The notes below the pieces were generated by a model that worked only from the letters and a program-made list of their open reading frames with translations, ran no database searches and was not told the origin of the DNA. Positions 1 through 13,900 of a stretch of 64,000 nucleotides of DNA are shown one piece after another. Position 1 is the stretch's first letter; every line of letters begins with the position of its first letter. Origin of the DNA: Leidyana gryllorum EB-2025a (Eukaryota; Protista; Apicomplexa); assembly GCA_048772705.1 (NCBI GenBank), contig JBLWGC010000104.1:620001-684000 (forward strand). The letters run 5' to 3'. A program made the translations under genes and the position numbers.

Positions 1-1239
1 GTTTTGAGAACTTATTCTTCTCGAGTCATAATGCCACCGTTCGAGTCACGCCCGAACACGTCATAGCCAAGGAATTGCAGATGGAGGATCTAATGGGAAG
101 CGCTCAGACGGATCACGACGGTCAACCCAAGAATAAGGTTGCGCTTAACGATCTCAAGATAACCAGATCTCTCTTTGAGATGGTGGTGGAGGAAGGAGCG
201 GACTTTCCCATCTATACGGCCGCTGTTCCGAAACGCGTTGAAACTTATAAAGGTTATGTCACCGAGTTGGTACCGACTGCAGAGTTTGTCAATGATTGTG
301 AACGGGAGATTATCCGCCGGGATGCTTGGGATGTGGGAGCTGCGGTGGCACAGATCAGTGACCCGGTATCCTTTCCTCCGACTTTCCCGCCGGTCAAACC
401 TTTTGAGCACTCTGCACTATTCTGGTCTTTTATTTTCAACAAGTTGAGGGAACAACGACTCTCTCGAGATGTAAGTCAATTTGTGTCGTCACTTTGATGT
501 CGGGCCACAGGACTTGGAGCAAGCGTTCAAAGACGTGATTCTTCTAAATCGATACCAACAATATGAGCGAGAGTCCCGTCGGAAAGATCGAAAGTATCAA
601 GAAGCTCTGGACCGTCTGGCAGCTCTATTCGCGTCTCCAGAGGCAGAGCATAAGGGAACGTGGCCGGTGGCCCCGGTCAAATATGCAGACTGCGACTGTG
701 TGCTCTGTCGAGAGGGTGGAGTCGACTCGCCACGTCATGGGCGCCTGACAAAGAGCAGTCGACACGGACGACACCATCGACGGACACCCTCCACGGCCGT
801 CCCTCACTCCCAAACTCCGGCTAACAGTCGCCGACATCACCATAGAGGACATCATCGTCACACTCCAGCGGATGATGGAGTAGCGGAGCAACGCCCTCGC
901 ACATGTCGTCACAGAGCACGAGCGATGAACGACATGTCTCCGCAATCTTTCGGAGACGGTGGGTCAGATGGATTTGTACGACGGCGGTCATCCACGAAGA
1001 GCGCGCGATTTTGGGACCGGGCCGAAGTCGCGGCTGCAGCGACCCGTCTTGCCGAAGTATGTCTGGCAAAGCCGAATGATATTGCAGCTGATCAGACCAG
1101 CAGCCCTGGCACCGATCTGACGCCTCCACCCGCTGGTGCACCGCTCTACTTTTATACTGGCGGTGTGCGACGTATGCCGGGCGACGGGGCTGCGAATGTA
1201 GAGTACCCACTAAGCGTTTCCGCGTATGGAGCGTACTGA
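1..1239 (+). CDS. Hypothetical protein, 5'-truncated; at least 2 exons, His/Arg-rich low-complexity C-terminus
   Basis: Frame open from position 3. A 40-nt phase-0 intron 471-510 (GTAAGT...CACAG) joins the 75..497 and 481..1239 frames. Stop TGA at 1237-1239. Confidence 0.7.
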
Positions 1240-1266
1240 ACACACATCACTCCTTTCTGCACGTTC

Positions 1267-4200
1267 ATGTCCGTGGATGAGTCTAAGCCCGATATATCCT
1301 TTTTAGGATATGGGGACAAACCAGAGAAGGTGAAGGTGGACAAGGGCGACCGATTCGGTCCTTCCACCATCACTCGAGTTGCGGCGGGTCTCAGCCACTC
1401 TTTTGCCATTTGCACCCGTCACAGTCGCCCCCAATTATTCGGATGGGGTCAGAACAACAGCAATGTATTAGGAATAGGCGAAACAGTGAGCGGTCGTTAA
1501 TCGTACGTCCCATTTCTCTATGCATACAGTGGGCCGAAACTACAGTTCCGGTTTGGGTGGAGATGCTGAAAGATATGGAGCTCTTCCAAGTCGCGACTGG
1601 CAAAAGTCACACTATGATCCTAACGAAACGATTCGAGAGCTCTGGAGGCAAATTATGGTCTTATGGGTTGGGAAAGCAAGGGCGGTTAGGTTACGTCAAA
1701 AACAGTGAAATCGGCCCTCCCCCCAATGCCAACGAGGAGGAAGCCTGGTTCACCCTCAAACCAGGCCGTGTTCGATTCCCAGACCCCAAAATGAAGGTAT
1801 CTCGAGTCGCCTGTGGAGCTGATCATACACTCGCCGTCTCTGAACACGGAGAGCTGTACGCTTGGGGATACGGAGAGAGTGGCGCACTTGGACTCGGACA
1901 CTCAGGCACACAGTGGGAACCAGAAAGAGTACACTTTCCCCAAAGCGGCGAGTTTGTTGCTCACATGGCTGGTGGATCTAAACACAGTATTTGCTGTACC
2001 CGCAGTGGCGGGGTGTACACTTGGGGACACGGGGGGAATGGACGATTGGGGCTCGGACACAATAGGTATCGTTACTCTCTTCAAGAGTCAGTCACCGAAA
2101 CGTCTCTCCTTCCAGGCCGACCACCTCGCCAGTGAAAGTTGAGGGTCTGGCAACAGAGACAATCATCTTTGTGTCCGCGGGCGACGCCCATTCCGGCGCT
2201 ATCGACAGATATGGACGAGTTTGGATGTGGGGGTGTGGCTCCGGGGGACGGCTGGGATTGGGAGATGAGACAGATCAGGACGAACCCCGGATGGTCTCGG
2301 CTCTCGCTGGAGTGGTTATTCGAACCATCGCGTGTGGAGGGAATCATACACTCGCTATCGATGTTGATGGTAACCTTTACGCCTGGGGATCGGGACCGCC
2401 TGCCGGACTGCCGGCTACCGGAGTTCAAATGTCAGCCCTTCCTCTCGCTATCCACACACCTGAGCCCATTGTCAACATAGCAGCCGGGTACGATCACTCC
2501 ATGGCAATGAGTGTCCGTGGTGACAGTGGAGACATATTGACATGGGGACGTGGTGACCGAGGCCGACTCGGACACGACGACAACGCCAACGAGGTGAGAT
2601 ATAAGTCTTTGCAGTCTTTGCAATCTTCATTCCTCAAAGTACGCACCGCGAGCTGTGGCGGACCTGCGTGGACGGGCAGCTGTCTTTGGAATAAAGCCGC
2701 TTAAAAGTGATCAAAGAGGTGCAGCACAGAGAGAACTGGAAGATCAAACTCAGCGAGATGACGAGAAGGCAGCCATTGGCTTCTCGTGTGGGCGATCCCA
2801 TACCCTCCTGCTGAGCACTTTGTATGAAGCTTACGCATTCGGATCAAACGTCAAGGGACAGCTCGGGATAGGAGAGGAAGACGACCTGCAGGACAGTGTG
2901 ACGGAACCAACCAGAGTCAAAGTGCCATTGGGCACAAAGATCAAAAAGATAGCGGCCGGTGAACGCCACAGTTTGTTGCTGAGTGTTGACGGCTTCGTCT
3001 ACGTCTGCGGGACGTCGGACAAGGGACAGCTCGGAACCGGAATGGCAGCGAAATACTACGAGCCGGTCCGGTTGCCAAAGATTGTTGGGGCGATCGACAT
3101 TGCGTGTGGACCAGATTACTCGGCTATCATAGCGGCTACTCGGGGATCCATTCAATCGGGAATGGGTATCGATATCACAGAAGGCGAAGTGTGGACGTTC
3201 GGCTGCTGTGAATCCGGGAAGCTTGGACACCCCAACCTCACAACAGACAACATTCTGGAACCCAAGAAAGTTCAGCTGCCTCAATTGGTGACTCGCATAG
3301 CGTGTGGAGAGAGCCATATGCTCGCGATCCTCGCCAATGACGAGATTATGGGATGGGGTGCGGGGTCTCATGGACGATTGGGAAATGGAGTTACAGCAAA
3401 CTGCTATTCACCGTCTCCCGTTCAGGTGCCGCCGGGCCATCAATTCATCGATGTCGTTGCGGGCGCGGCACACTCGATGGCACTCACCCGGAGCGGAATT
3501 GTCTTTGTCTGGGGATATGCCAAAGCTGTTTGTGCACCAATTGATCTTCTCACCCCTCAGAACTTCACGTTACAGCTCGATTTCGGACAGGGCGCTCCCA
3601 GTGTTGCCCAGATCTTCTGTGGTCCCAACATCTCTGGTGTTGTGACGGGGATGGGAAAGCTGTACTTTTGGGGAGAGAACAAATGCCACGTGTTGGATCC
3701 CAGCGGGCAGCTCGTCAATGCAAAGGATGACTGGGTGATCTCTCCGGCCGCACTCCAAGAGTTCGAAGCCATCGACGCCGTCGCAGTTGGAATCGATCAT
3801 ATTATAGTCTCCACCCGCAAGGGTGAGATCTTCAGCTGGGGGAACTCAGAAAGAGGGAAACTTGGAGTGAACGAAGGTGGCCGGAGAGTCATTGACGAGC
3901 CCGCTAGATTGCTGATCACGTGGCCATTCCGAGATCCCAACGCAGTTGATGTGTCCCAAGTCCTCCGTCTACGTCACAAGTCGGCTCGCTACGAAGCGGG
4001 TCCAGACGAAGTGGTTCACGAAGTATTCAAAGAGCCCGACCCAGATTTGGGCATCTTGCAGAACGCGCTCAAGAATGAGCCCGAAGCCTTCGGAGAGCAC
4101 CGTTTGAGAGAAGTGGAGGAAGCTATGACCACCGTTTACTCCAAGTTGCTCGGCAGTCTTCAACTTTTGAAATCCAGACAGGCGCATCTCGAACGCCTGC

Positions 4201-7134
4201 GTGATCTCTATTCTGCTCGTGTTACGAGACTGGCCCTCTTTACCGGCGTCCGACCTCCATACTTTGCCAAGTGAGTTAGTTAGCTCTCTCTGTTCATCTG
4301 CACAATACTGTTTCCTCCAATATTCAGAATTCTGAACCCGACCATATCTGCTCGCAACCCGAGAGGAGTGGTTGCAAAGCCGTACAAACGAATCTATGAG
4401 ATTGTTGATTACCTCAATCGTCATTTGAATGAGTTTGCGGCCATCGTCAAGGCTCTGGGAATCCAACCTGCTTACTTTGTCAATCTGGCTCGGTACGTGA
4501 CGCCAGCTTCATCCTTGTCGGCTCAGGCTTTCGTCACAACACTGATGAACATCTACTCGGACGGAGGCAGTCGACATCAGAATGCGTATCTACTGACCAT
4601 ATTACGCGGAATAGCGGTCCAGGAGGTTCAGCTCGCACCTCGCAAGGAGCAAGAGTTGAACCTGTTCGACCCTGAAACCTCCATTTTTGCAGCTTGCATC
4701 GCTCACACCTTCACCATGGACTCCGATCCGGTGTATCACGTCTGCAGTCGACTCATCATGTTCAATCCTGAACGTCGAATTGGGAAACAAGGCGGCGCGG
4801 CACTGGGAATATTCCAGCCTCCAATTGCTCAGTGAGTCAATGTCGCTTCGAAATGAACCGATTGACACCGCTATATTCCCCTCCCTCTCTTCAGAAGCTT
4901 GCTGGAGATCTTCGCGACTGCTTCGTCCGGCACCACTGATGCTGCATTCATCTTCTTCGCCAACACGCAGGAAGAATATAACCAGCTTTTGCAGGAATAC
5001 GAACAGCGTAGATCAACGATGCCGCCAGAGGTATTGGCCAACTGTCCCACCGTGGAACCCTACTTGCAATCTCCCAAAGCGATGAGAGAGCTTTTCGCGG
5101 CTTCCTGTTCAGTCCTGGACAATCTCGTACGCACACTGCCCAGCACGGGAGTGTTCGAAGTTCCTTCAACACTCATGTGCATATACCGGGCCTGCGTGGA
5201 AGAAATGGGAGAGATGCCCAACACGCAGTATGACCCCAGCACGCCTTGGGGTAAGTGGAGACACATTATGAGAACTTATTTCGAGAGTGTCGTCGCACTC
5301 ATTCTCCACAATGCGGACTATTACATGGACTTGCTGGGCTTCGTCACCGTTGAAGAGTCCAAACTGGATTCAGTGCGCCTCAAACATAATATGGAGTTCT
5401 TCGCCGTTATGATGGTCCAAGGCTGTGAAATGGAACCACAGGATATCCGTGAGTAGTATGTGGCAGATTAGCTTCTCGATGATCCTCCCACCAGATCCAG
5501 CGATATACACGCGTTTTCGTGTCTTGATGGAAGGTGTGGCGATAGCCTTCGAAAACGAGGTCATCAGAGCCGAAGAGGAATTCGCCCCTTACGACCCGAG
5601 AGACCCCCTGTCAGCACCCAGCGACTTTTTGGACACGCAATTGACCCTCAGCTTCTACATGTCTCACATCGAAAGTCTCGATGGTCCCAAGAATCTGGTT
5701 ACGGTAAAGTGGTGGGGACTGATGGAGTTGGCCAACGTGGTGAAACGTAGCGGCCCGAACCTTCGAAGTCTCTCGACATACGACCCGCTCGTCACAAATG
5801 TGAATCTATTAGCTGTCAAGGACAGCTGTTTCCCTCAAGAAGACGTGGAACTGATGCAGAACTTCGCGGAGAACCCGTTGAATTATCCCATCAGTATGCA
5901 CCCGATGATGTCGGGAAACTTCTCCGTTGATTACGCCTTCCTTTTCGAGTGAGATTCGCCAGATTTCTCAATTAGTTCACACCCTCCTTTTGCAGCACCA
6001 AGAATATTGTATTCGACTTTCAAACACACGCTCCCGTACCTCAACAGTATGCTCAACGACAGAGTGCAATGAAAGTTCAAGGCCGGGCTGTGCTCCATTA
6101 TATCAATCGACTGCCACCTTTGGCGGACTATGACGCCGAAAAATTGAAGATCGTTGAGGCTCTGGCCAACTCAGCACCCCTTGAAGCCAAGTCTTTCGCT
6201 CAACTAGCGCAAGCGCTCCAGTACAGTCATGAGCAGATCCTCCGCACTGCTCCAGTCGACCATGACAAGGCTCGCATAGTGGCCGAGGGGATGGAGAAAG
6301 CTCGTGATAAGGCCAATTTTGAACGGGCGGGATCCGTACAGTCGTTCATGCTGGAAGTTTCTGCTATGCTCAGGAGGCGAAAGTCCCATTTCTTTTACCT
6401 GGAACGCTTGAAACACGGCGCAGACTTCCTCGAAGACCTCGACAGAGGAGCTCGAAATGCTCTCGCAGACAAGGTTGCCAAGTTCCAAGATCGAATACTT
6501 CATATAAATACCTTGACCATCGATGGCACTGAGGCAGCTCTCGTCGAACACAAATTCTTCGAACCGTACATGTGGTCATGGTACAAAGCGTGGGGAACTG
6601 CGAATTGGCATATCATGGAGGATCTCGATCCGGAACGCGAGGCGCAACTTGACCCCAGGAGTGTCAAGGTCCGCTTGACCATTGGCGAGCTCTTACGAAT
6701 TCGGGTGAGGTGGACTTTGATAGGAGATAGATCGGCAGAACATCGCTTTTCAGGCTGTCATGGAGACATCGATTGTCGAGCGTCAAATGTCACGTCAACT
6801 CATCGTCACCCATCCCAACATTCTCGAGCTTCGAACCACTCCTTTTCAGTTGGAGTATCAAGGGGTAAGTGGCATGCCCATGTGTGTACATTGTTCATTC
6901 AACAACATCCTGTCTACGCAGAGGCTGAAAAGTGTGACATACGACCAGCTCCTCAAATGGGGAGACGAGCCATACTTTCAAATCGCTGTCCTCGAAGACC
7001 AAGGCGCCGGGTTCCATCATGTAGAGGGCGGATGGCCGATTTTCTATACTGGACCATTCCGCTGTTTGCTCATGCGCATCATTGCCATGAACAGCACGCC
7101 TCAAAATGAGAACATCATGGCTGACAAACTCTGA
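1267..7134 (+). CDS. Large multi-exon protein: N-terminal RCC1 repeats followed by an IQGAP-like RasGAP-related domain (GRD) and RasGAP_C-like terminus
   Basis: Many RCC1 repeats (VACGADHTLA...YAWG.G..G.LGLG; IAAGERHSLL; IACGESHMLA) over 1267-3920. Consecutive + ORFs are linked by GT-AG introns (e.g. 1487-1530, ~4271, ~4832). The C-terminal half has IQGAP-like motifs (TLMNIYSDGGSRHQNAYLLTILRGIAVQEV; RLKHNMEFFAVMM; VTYDQLL). RCC1 call is strong, GRD call is moderate. Confidence 0.75.
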
Positions 7135-7329
7135 TCAGCGCCGCGTCGTGCGAGCCACACACATAGACACACACACCAACACACCCGAAGTTGGGTGAGT
7201 GAGTCAATTGGGGGCATCGGCTTGAGGTTTTCGTTCTGTTGCAGTCAGCGCAGGAGCAGTGTCGGGTTGTACGATTGTCGCCTCCGGACTGTTGCCAGTT
7301 TTTATACATTCCTTTCATCAAAGCATAAT

Positions 7330-9798
7330 TCACCATCCCTCATCATGGGAGGATCTCACCGTCAAACGATTGACATACTCCTGTCCCAGACCGTATCGCG
7401 CGCACAGCGTCGCGATCATTTGTTTCACTTGCAGCTCTTGTATACCGTAACAGGTCATTGAATACGCTGGGACGAGTGATATGGAATCATCAGATATCCC
7501 ATTCAGGAAGCCTCTTACCAAATACACACAGCGCCGGCCAACAAGGATTGCGCTTCTTGAACATCTTTTCCAGTGACTCCATTGTGCCCTTCCCTTCTTC
7601 GTCCTCGAGTGACGACCAGGCGCGTGTCAGCTTTGTTGTCAGCGAACGATTCACAATGAGATCAAGATGGTTCTTACCATTTGTTTCTGCAGATCCTCAC
7701 TAATGGTGAGCAGGAAGGCCTCTTCCCAGAATTGAACGCGATTCCATAGAGGATGTTCGTACAGAAGACTCCCTTGCTGCATCGAAGAGGTATTGATAAA
7801 TCTTGTTAGCCCAGCCGGATTTAACTCACGTGTAATCTGCGAATGCTGCTCTCTTGTGGAGAGCTGGGCGTGCTACTGCTGGGAGCTTCACCATCCGCCG
7901 CTTTGGCATCTGAGTCCACAGTTGCCGGTGTCATTGTCACAGCCGCCTCCTCAGTCTCGGGGAACCGCCAACTGAGATCGTCGTCCAGCCCCACTCCGCG
8001 GGCAAAGATTCTCTGACTCAATAACATCAGGAATCTGGCAGTCCAGAAGTCATTGTGAGCATCCGAGAGATCCAAGGCCTCTTTGAATATCAGAGCCATC
8101 GCATTCAATGCGTCCCTATTGACGCCAACTCGTCACACACACTCGCTCTCAACACTCACTTGTTCTTCAACTCGTAGCCTTTCTGCTGGGTCTGAGTTAG
8201 GAGTGCCTGGCATAGTACCAGACGGTTGAGGGAATGATTCAACTCGTCGGTGATACTTCGCAGCCCCTTCCTCCCACAAAGTTTCCACGCCGTCGCAAAA
8301 TCGCCTTCCCAAATCGCACCGAGAATCCTGGAAGGAACGATACTATTGCGGATTGATACAAAGAACGTCTACTCACGATCCGCAACCCTTCTCCAACTCA
8401 ACCACATAGGGTGTCTGATCAAACTCCGAGAGGCTTTGCGCCTTCTCCACCAGGTCCCGCAGCGTCAGAGGTTTCTCATTAGCGGAGTGAGTGCGAGCCT
8501 GGTCACCTCCCGGAGTGGGGTCACTTAAACCGCCCAAATCTCGTAGTTGCGCTTGCGCAGACTGTACAACGTTCTCGAAAGGTGTCTGTCGAAGGAAGTT
8601 CCGGAGGGCAGCACTCGTACGATCTACAGCGGTAGCAGTGGGGTGCGGAGGAGGCTCGATCGGGGTAGTCAAAACACGCTTCTCGATCTCCTGCCAGTTC
8701 AGAGGCTCAACCGGCTCAAGCTGAGGCTGAACGGTGAAGCGGCGCAGAAACTCCTGCTGATCTTCCCTAGGCTCGATCTTGTGTAGGACCTATACAGCAA
8801 TGGAATGGATCTTCTCCAAATGGAACTCACCTCAATGCAGTGATTAGTGTCATACTCATTGTTCCGACTTTGAGCAGTCCGATAGACGTAGCTTTTCACT
8901 AGGGAATCCCGCAGGCACTCGATCCGTTTTCTGTCCATATCTTCTAGCGAGCGTAGCAAGGCTGCCAACCGTCTCGAGTGCATCGCCCGGATTGAATTGA
9001 GATGCTGAACCCTATAGTGTCGACATGCTCACAATACATACCGTTATACTCGTCTGATACCTCTGTTCAGCGTGTTGGGCCTCCACAGCTGCTTTCAATG
9101 CCCTGCGGGTAAGCGTTGAAACGGTGTGTCATCACTACGAGAGCCTCACGCCAAATGGAGTCGTGTTCGCTGTTGCGCCACTGCCGAATCCGCACCTTGC
9201 GCTTCTATCGCCGCCATTATGGCCTTTTTCCCGGTGTCATCGACTGCCTTCAGCGCCTACACAACACCTCTTACAATCAGCAGAGAGTAACCTTGCAAGT
9301 CACCTGGCGATATCCAACTTCGGCATCGCGCAAGCTCATTGTCACGGCATTGCCGTCCCCCTTTAACTGCTTGAAGACTTGCGAGTGGTTGGCTGCAGTG
9401 TTATCCACTGTCAACATGACCACATCGCCTCTCACGGCTCCCGCAAATTCGTCAGAATGGTGCGCTCGCTTGTGCAACTCCTTCTTGAGAGCTTCAACCG
9501 CCGCTGTGACCGTACTACATGAAATATCATCGTCGCGACCAATCATCCCTCACCTGCTTTCGGAAACAGGTACTCGCAACTGGCCTGCTAACCCACGCAA
9601 CTTCGCCGCGTAATCCGATTCCAACCGCTCCAACCCCCTAATTACTTTGCCAACGTCTTCCAGCAGCTGACGGCCCTTGTCTACACGCTCGACAGCACTC
9701 TGCCACTCATGTATACATGCTTCAGCAAATGTTAGCTTGCTCGCTTGAGATATACCACCATCCTGCTCAGCCACCGTCTCGAAAGACTCCACACTCAT
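7330..9798 (-). CDS. Multi-exon protein with N-terminal F-BAR/FCH-like coiled-coil domain
   Basis: ATG at 9798. FCH-like N-terminus (WQSAVERVDKGRQLLEDVGKVIRGLERLESDYAAKL) and later F-BAR-like helix (LEDMDRKRIECLRDSL). Minus-strand ORFs 9550, 9277, 8699, 8373, 7821 and 7330 are separated by GT-AG introns. Confidence 0.6.
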
Positions 9799-9880
9799 GA
9801 CTTCTGGACTCTTTTTGCACCTTTGAAGCCATGTCGTCCGATCGAACGTGTGTTGTCACGGAGACACGACCCGGTCAAAC

Positions 9881-10944
9881 ATGAAAGCATACATTGTACT
9901 ACCGCTTCTCTGCCTTGCAGATCCATCGCCCACTCCCATCGTCAATGACCACCCCACCCTTCATGGAATCACTGAACTACTACCGGTGGGTCACCTGCTA
10001 CGACATAATATTGCCTTCCCTTGCCTTACAGGAATTATCGATACTAAGGGAGGTCTATCGCAAGACCGAAATGAAATTCAAGGTAGAACAGTCACGTGAT
10101 ACTACCATTCTGATGCCAAACAACGATGCATTCGGCAAATTCGATCCTCGTGGAGTGAGTATAGACATTTATAGAGCTATCACATGAGTACTTATATGTA
10201 TAGATGAGCTATCCGCAGCTAGTTCAGATCCTCAACTACCACAATTTCCCAGAGGTGGTCAAATTTGGCGAGCTGAAAGATGGCGATCATTCGATCGAAA
10301 CAGTCGAGGGGTCTCACATCAACGTGACCATCAATCACAAGGCGGAAAAGCCTAATGACCGCTTTGTCCTCAACGGGGTGGCCCACATACAGGGCGATTT
10401 GCACAATACTGTCAATGGTGTGGCCTACGTAGTTGACCGCATCTTGGTCCCGCCTGAACTGGCTGCTGAGGTCCAAAATGCTCGAAAGTCTCCCAAGACT
10501 ACTACTGCAGCCCCTGCCAGTGCGCATCCCCTTGAAGGATTGGAAGTCCCGGAGCATGTGGAAGCCAGCAACCGGGAGAACAATCGATATGATGAGAGCC
10601 CGGCAGCCATCGAGCATCCTAATGTCAAGGATGACGCTGATGATGCTTCCGACGACGCACCTCGTGGTGTGGTCGGAGGGTCGAGACGAGCTCGTAGGTC
10701 GGAGCGAGAAGGCCGTTCGGATAAGGCCGACAGGCATGAAGCACACGGCAAAGGTGGCCTACCCCTGAAAGAGCTCCGAAGGACCAAGAAGATAGGAAGT
10801 GAGCACACCCGCTTCCTCCCGTCTCGACAGCGTTTCGGTGATCAAGAACATACTGTTCGGGTCTCACATCCTGTCAACAATGGGCCTCACACGGCACCGC
10901 ACTCCGAACTTCATGGTCGTCAAGCCAAAGGCCTCTTGGTGTGA
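9881..10944 (+). CDS. Secreted fasciclin (FAS1) domain protein, 3 exons
   Basis: Hydrophobic N-terminus MKAYIVLPLLCLA. FAS1 motifs TILMPNNDAF, ILNYH and NGVAYVVDRILVP. Introns at ~9986-10031 and ~10155-10203. Confidence 0.8.
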
Positions 10945-10960
10945 AGTGGTGGGTCAATCC

Positions 10961-13900
10961 TCAATCTGGTCGAGATTGGTTCGATTTGGACTGGGCGGAT
11001 TCACGCGGACGGTGAGTTTCACCTGCAGAGAAAGACGAATGCATTATGTGGACTTGCGCATTATGACTTACTTCTTGATCAAATCCAACATATACATCGC
11101 TCATTACATACACTCGGAGATCAAGGTCCCGAGTTTCTCGAACGTCGACGAGGGGGGCTTGGAAAAGGAATGTGCATCTTCCACGCGACATGTAACCCAC
11201 ACTGTTGCCCTTATTGTTACGAAGGCCGAGGCGTCGGAAGCCGACTATCTCATCAGTATTGGGGTCACCGATCATGCACCACCAAGCGGCCTGTCGGGCT
11301 TTTGGATACTGAGGGGTGTAAGCTTGATCGAATCGTCGGAGACGGCGCACATTGGTTGGAAGGTTGACGCAACCATACTCCGCATTGATAGTGATATTTA
11401 CCATCAAGGGATCCTGAGCTGTGACCTCAAAGAACATTTGTGGGAATCCATTATCATAGGTGATTTTGGGTTTGATTTCTTGAGCGTCTGGGTCGTTGGG
11501 GACGAGGGCTTTGTGGAGGGAGAGGTGGATGTACGGCCTGGGCAGTTGAGCGCAGGCTTGCATGAGCTCGGTCCATTCCTCGTCAGAGAATCCGATTCTC
11601 TTGAGTCGATGGTACACTTTCATGGTATCAGCGAAGAGTAATTGTGAGGGGGCATGGATGTCAAGGTCTCGGAAAACTTTGAGATGTTTGGCCGTGGTGA
11701 TATGGGGTAAGCAGTAGAGAGGCGACCTGAAGGGGTTGGTAGCCTGAGAGACATACTGGAGGACGTGGCAAGAGCTCATGGCGGCTGAGAGGCTGCCTTT
11801 CTCGGCGGCGACATCGGCGAATGCTTGGATGAGACGGATGGCGTTTTGAAGTACAGTTGCGCAATCGACAAAGTAGTCGATAACGGGGGGTTTGAGTCTG
11901 AACATTTGCATTTGGAAGAGCATAAATGCCTTGACATGTCCGGACCCAATTCTTGATTGGTCGACGGGTAGGGGGCATTCCTTGGACCAATTTTCATTAT
12001 GTATATCTTCGTTGTGGCGAACGGGTACTTCGAAGAATTCGTCAAGATCGGTGAGTGTTTCCATCATATCGACGATTCCGAGGTGTGGAGTCTGAGAGAT
12101 CTTCTTTGCGATGTTATGAGCCGAACAATAACGCATATAATAGAGGGAGGCGATCTTGCCGATGGGGGTGGGTGTGAGTAGAATCCGTGCAGCAGGATCA
12201 TCATCTTGGAGGTCGGTGATATTTTTTGTCCCATCGAAGGGAAGCTCTTCAATGAAGACACAGCCCGCCTCGAGTAGGCTCACGAGGGTTCGTGAAACCA
12301 AATCTGCGACGAATTGAACGATTTCTTTCTTGCGTTCCTCCAGTAATTCGTGGGGACTCAAATGTTTGGTGCTTCGTCCTAACTCTACGAAACCCGATCC
12401 TCCAACACCGATGGTTGGATCATAATAAGATGGATTCGCATGAAGGCGGCTGGGTGGGAATGGAATGTTTCTAAACCTTTCTGAGTTTGATACTTACCGG
12501 AAGAAATATGTCCAGGTGAGGAAGTCGATGGCTTGGCGCTTATTTTTGATGGACTGTGACACGATTTCAGCGTTAAGGTGATCAGTGAAGTGCTGGTGGA
12601 GACTTGACTCGACAGGGAAAGGCTCATATAGGAATCGTCTGTAGAATTGTTTCTTGGGTTCGTGTATGAAGATGCAGGCGACGGCTTGATCATCGAATTG
12701 TGGGCGGCCCGCGCGTCCGATCATTTGCAGAACATCGGTGATGGGCATATCAACATAGCGGCACTTTGGCTTATCGTAGAATTCAGTACCTTTGAGAATG
12801 ACCAGACGAGCCGGGAGATTGACTCCCCATGCCAGAGTTGATGTTGCGACCAAAACTTGGATAGTGCCTTTCTCGAACAACTGCTCACACAACCGTCGAT
12901 CTCCTGGGGATAGACCGGCATGATGCATTCCAACTCCCCATCTCAACGTATCTTGAAGATGTTCATCCTCAACCGTAGCTATCACATTCGCCTCCCACTC
13001 TTCCGGAGACATATCCGTGTGGAGGAAGTCGACTGTCGCTCCTCCCGTGGGTCCACCAGTTCTGGACAGCATGACCAGTTCCTGAGCCGTTAGTCGAGTC
13101 TGTCGTCTGGAAGACACGAATACCAACACGGGTTTGTCAGGAGAGAAAGCCAATATCTGTTGAAAGGCGGGTCGATTCATTGTACCCATTCGAGGACAAT
13201 AGGCTTTCTCTGTGAAGCCAGCGACGTATACTGAGCACGGGACCGGTCTGACGGCGGGACGGAAGTTGAAAAGACCACTGCGTCCGATACCCAACCAGTC
13301 AGCGATGTCTGTGGCATTGGCCAAGGCGGTACTGAGCCCGACAAAGCGAATGGGCATATCGCAGACGGCACTGACGTATCGCATTCGACTGACGATGACT
13401 TCGAGAATCGGGCCGCGATCCTGACCTAAGAGATGGATCTCATCAATCACCACCAGACCGACTTGACGAACATAACTTCTGTGTTGCCAATGACGGGAGA
13501 TACCGTCCCACTTTTCAGGCGTACTGATGATGAGATCCGAGTTCTTTAAAGCCTCGACATCCGGTGTAAAGTCACCAGATAACTCGACAACGGACTTGTT
13601 GAGTCGCTTCAGCCTCACAGTCCAGTCCTCCAGACGCTCCTTTGCCAAAGCTTTCAACGGCGCAATGTAAACAACCTTTCGCTTAGGGTAAACTTGGAAC
13701 AGTCTGAATATGGCGAACTCAGCGCAAACGGTTTTTCCGGAACCCGTTGGCGCTCCAATGAGAACATTGGTATCGGTGTGATAGAGGGTGTGGAAGACTT
13801 GAGACTGGATGGGATTGAAGAAATTCCAGCGGAACAGCGCCTGCATTGATGGGTTCTGTAAAGCCGTAACGGGCACCGGATTCAAAGGTAACAGATTCGT

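Noticed and set aside
10799-11641. 280-aa + strand ORF
   Set aside because: Antisense to the ASCC3 Sec63 exon; no independent evidence.
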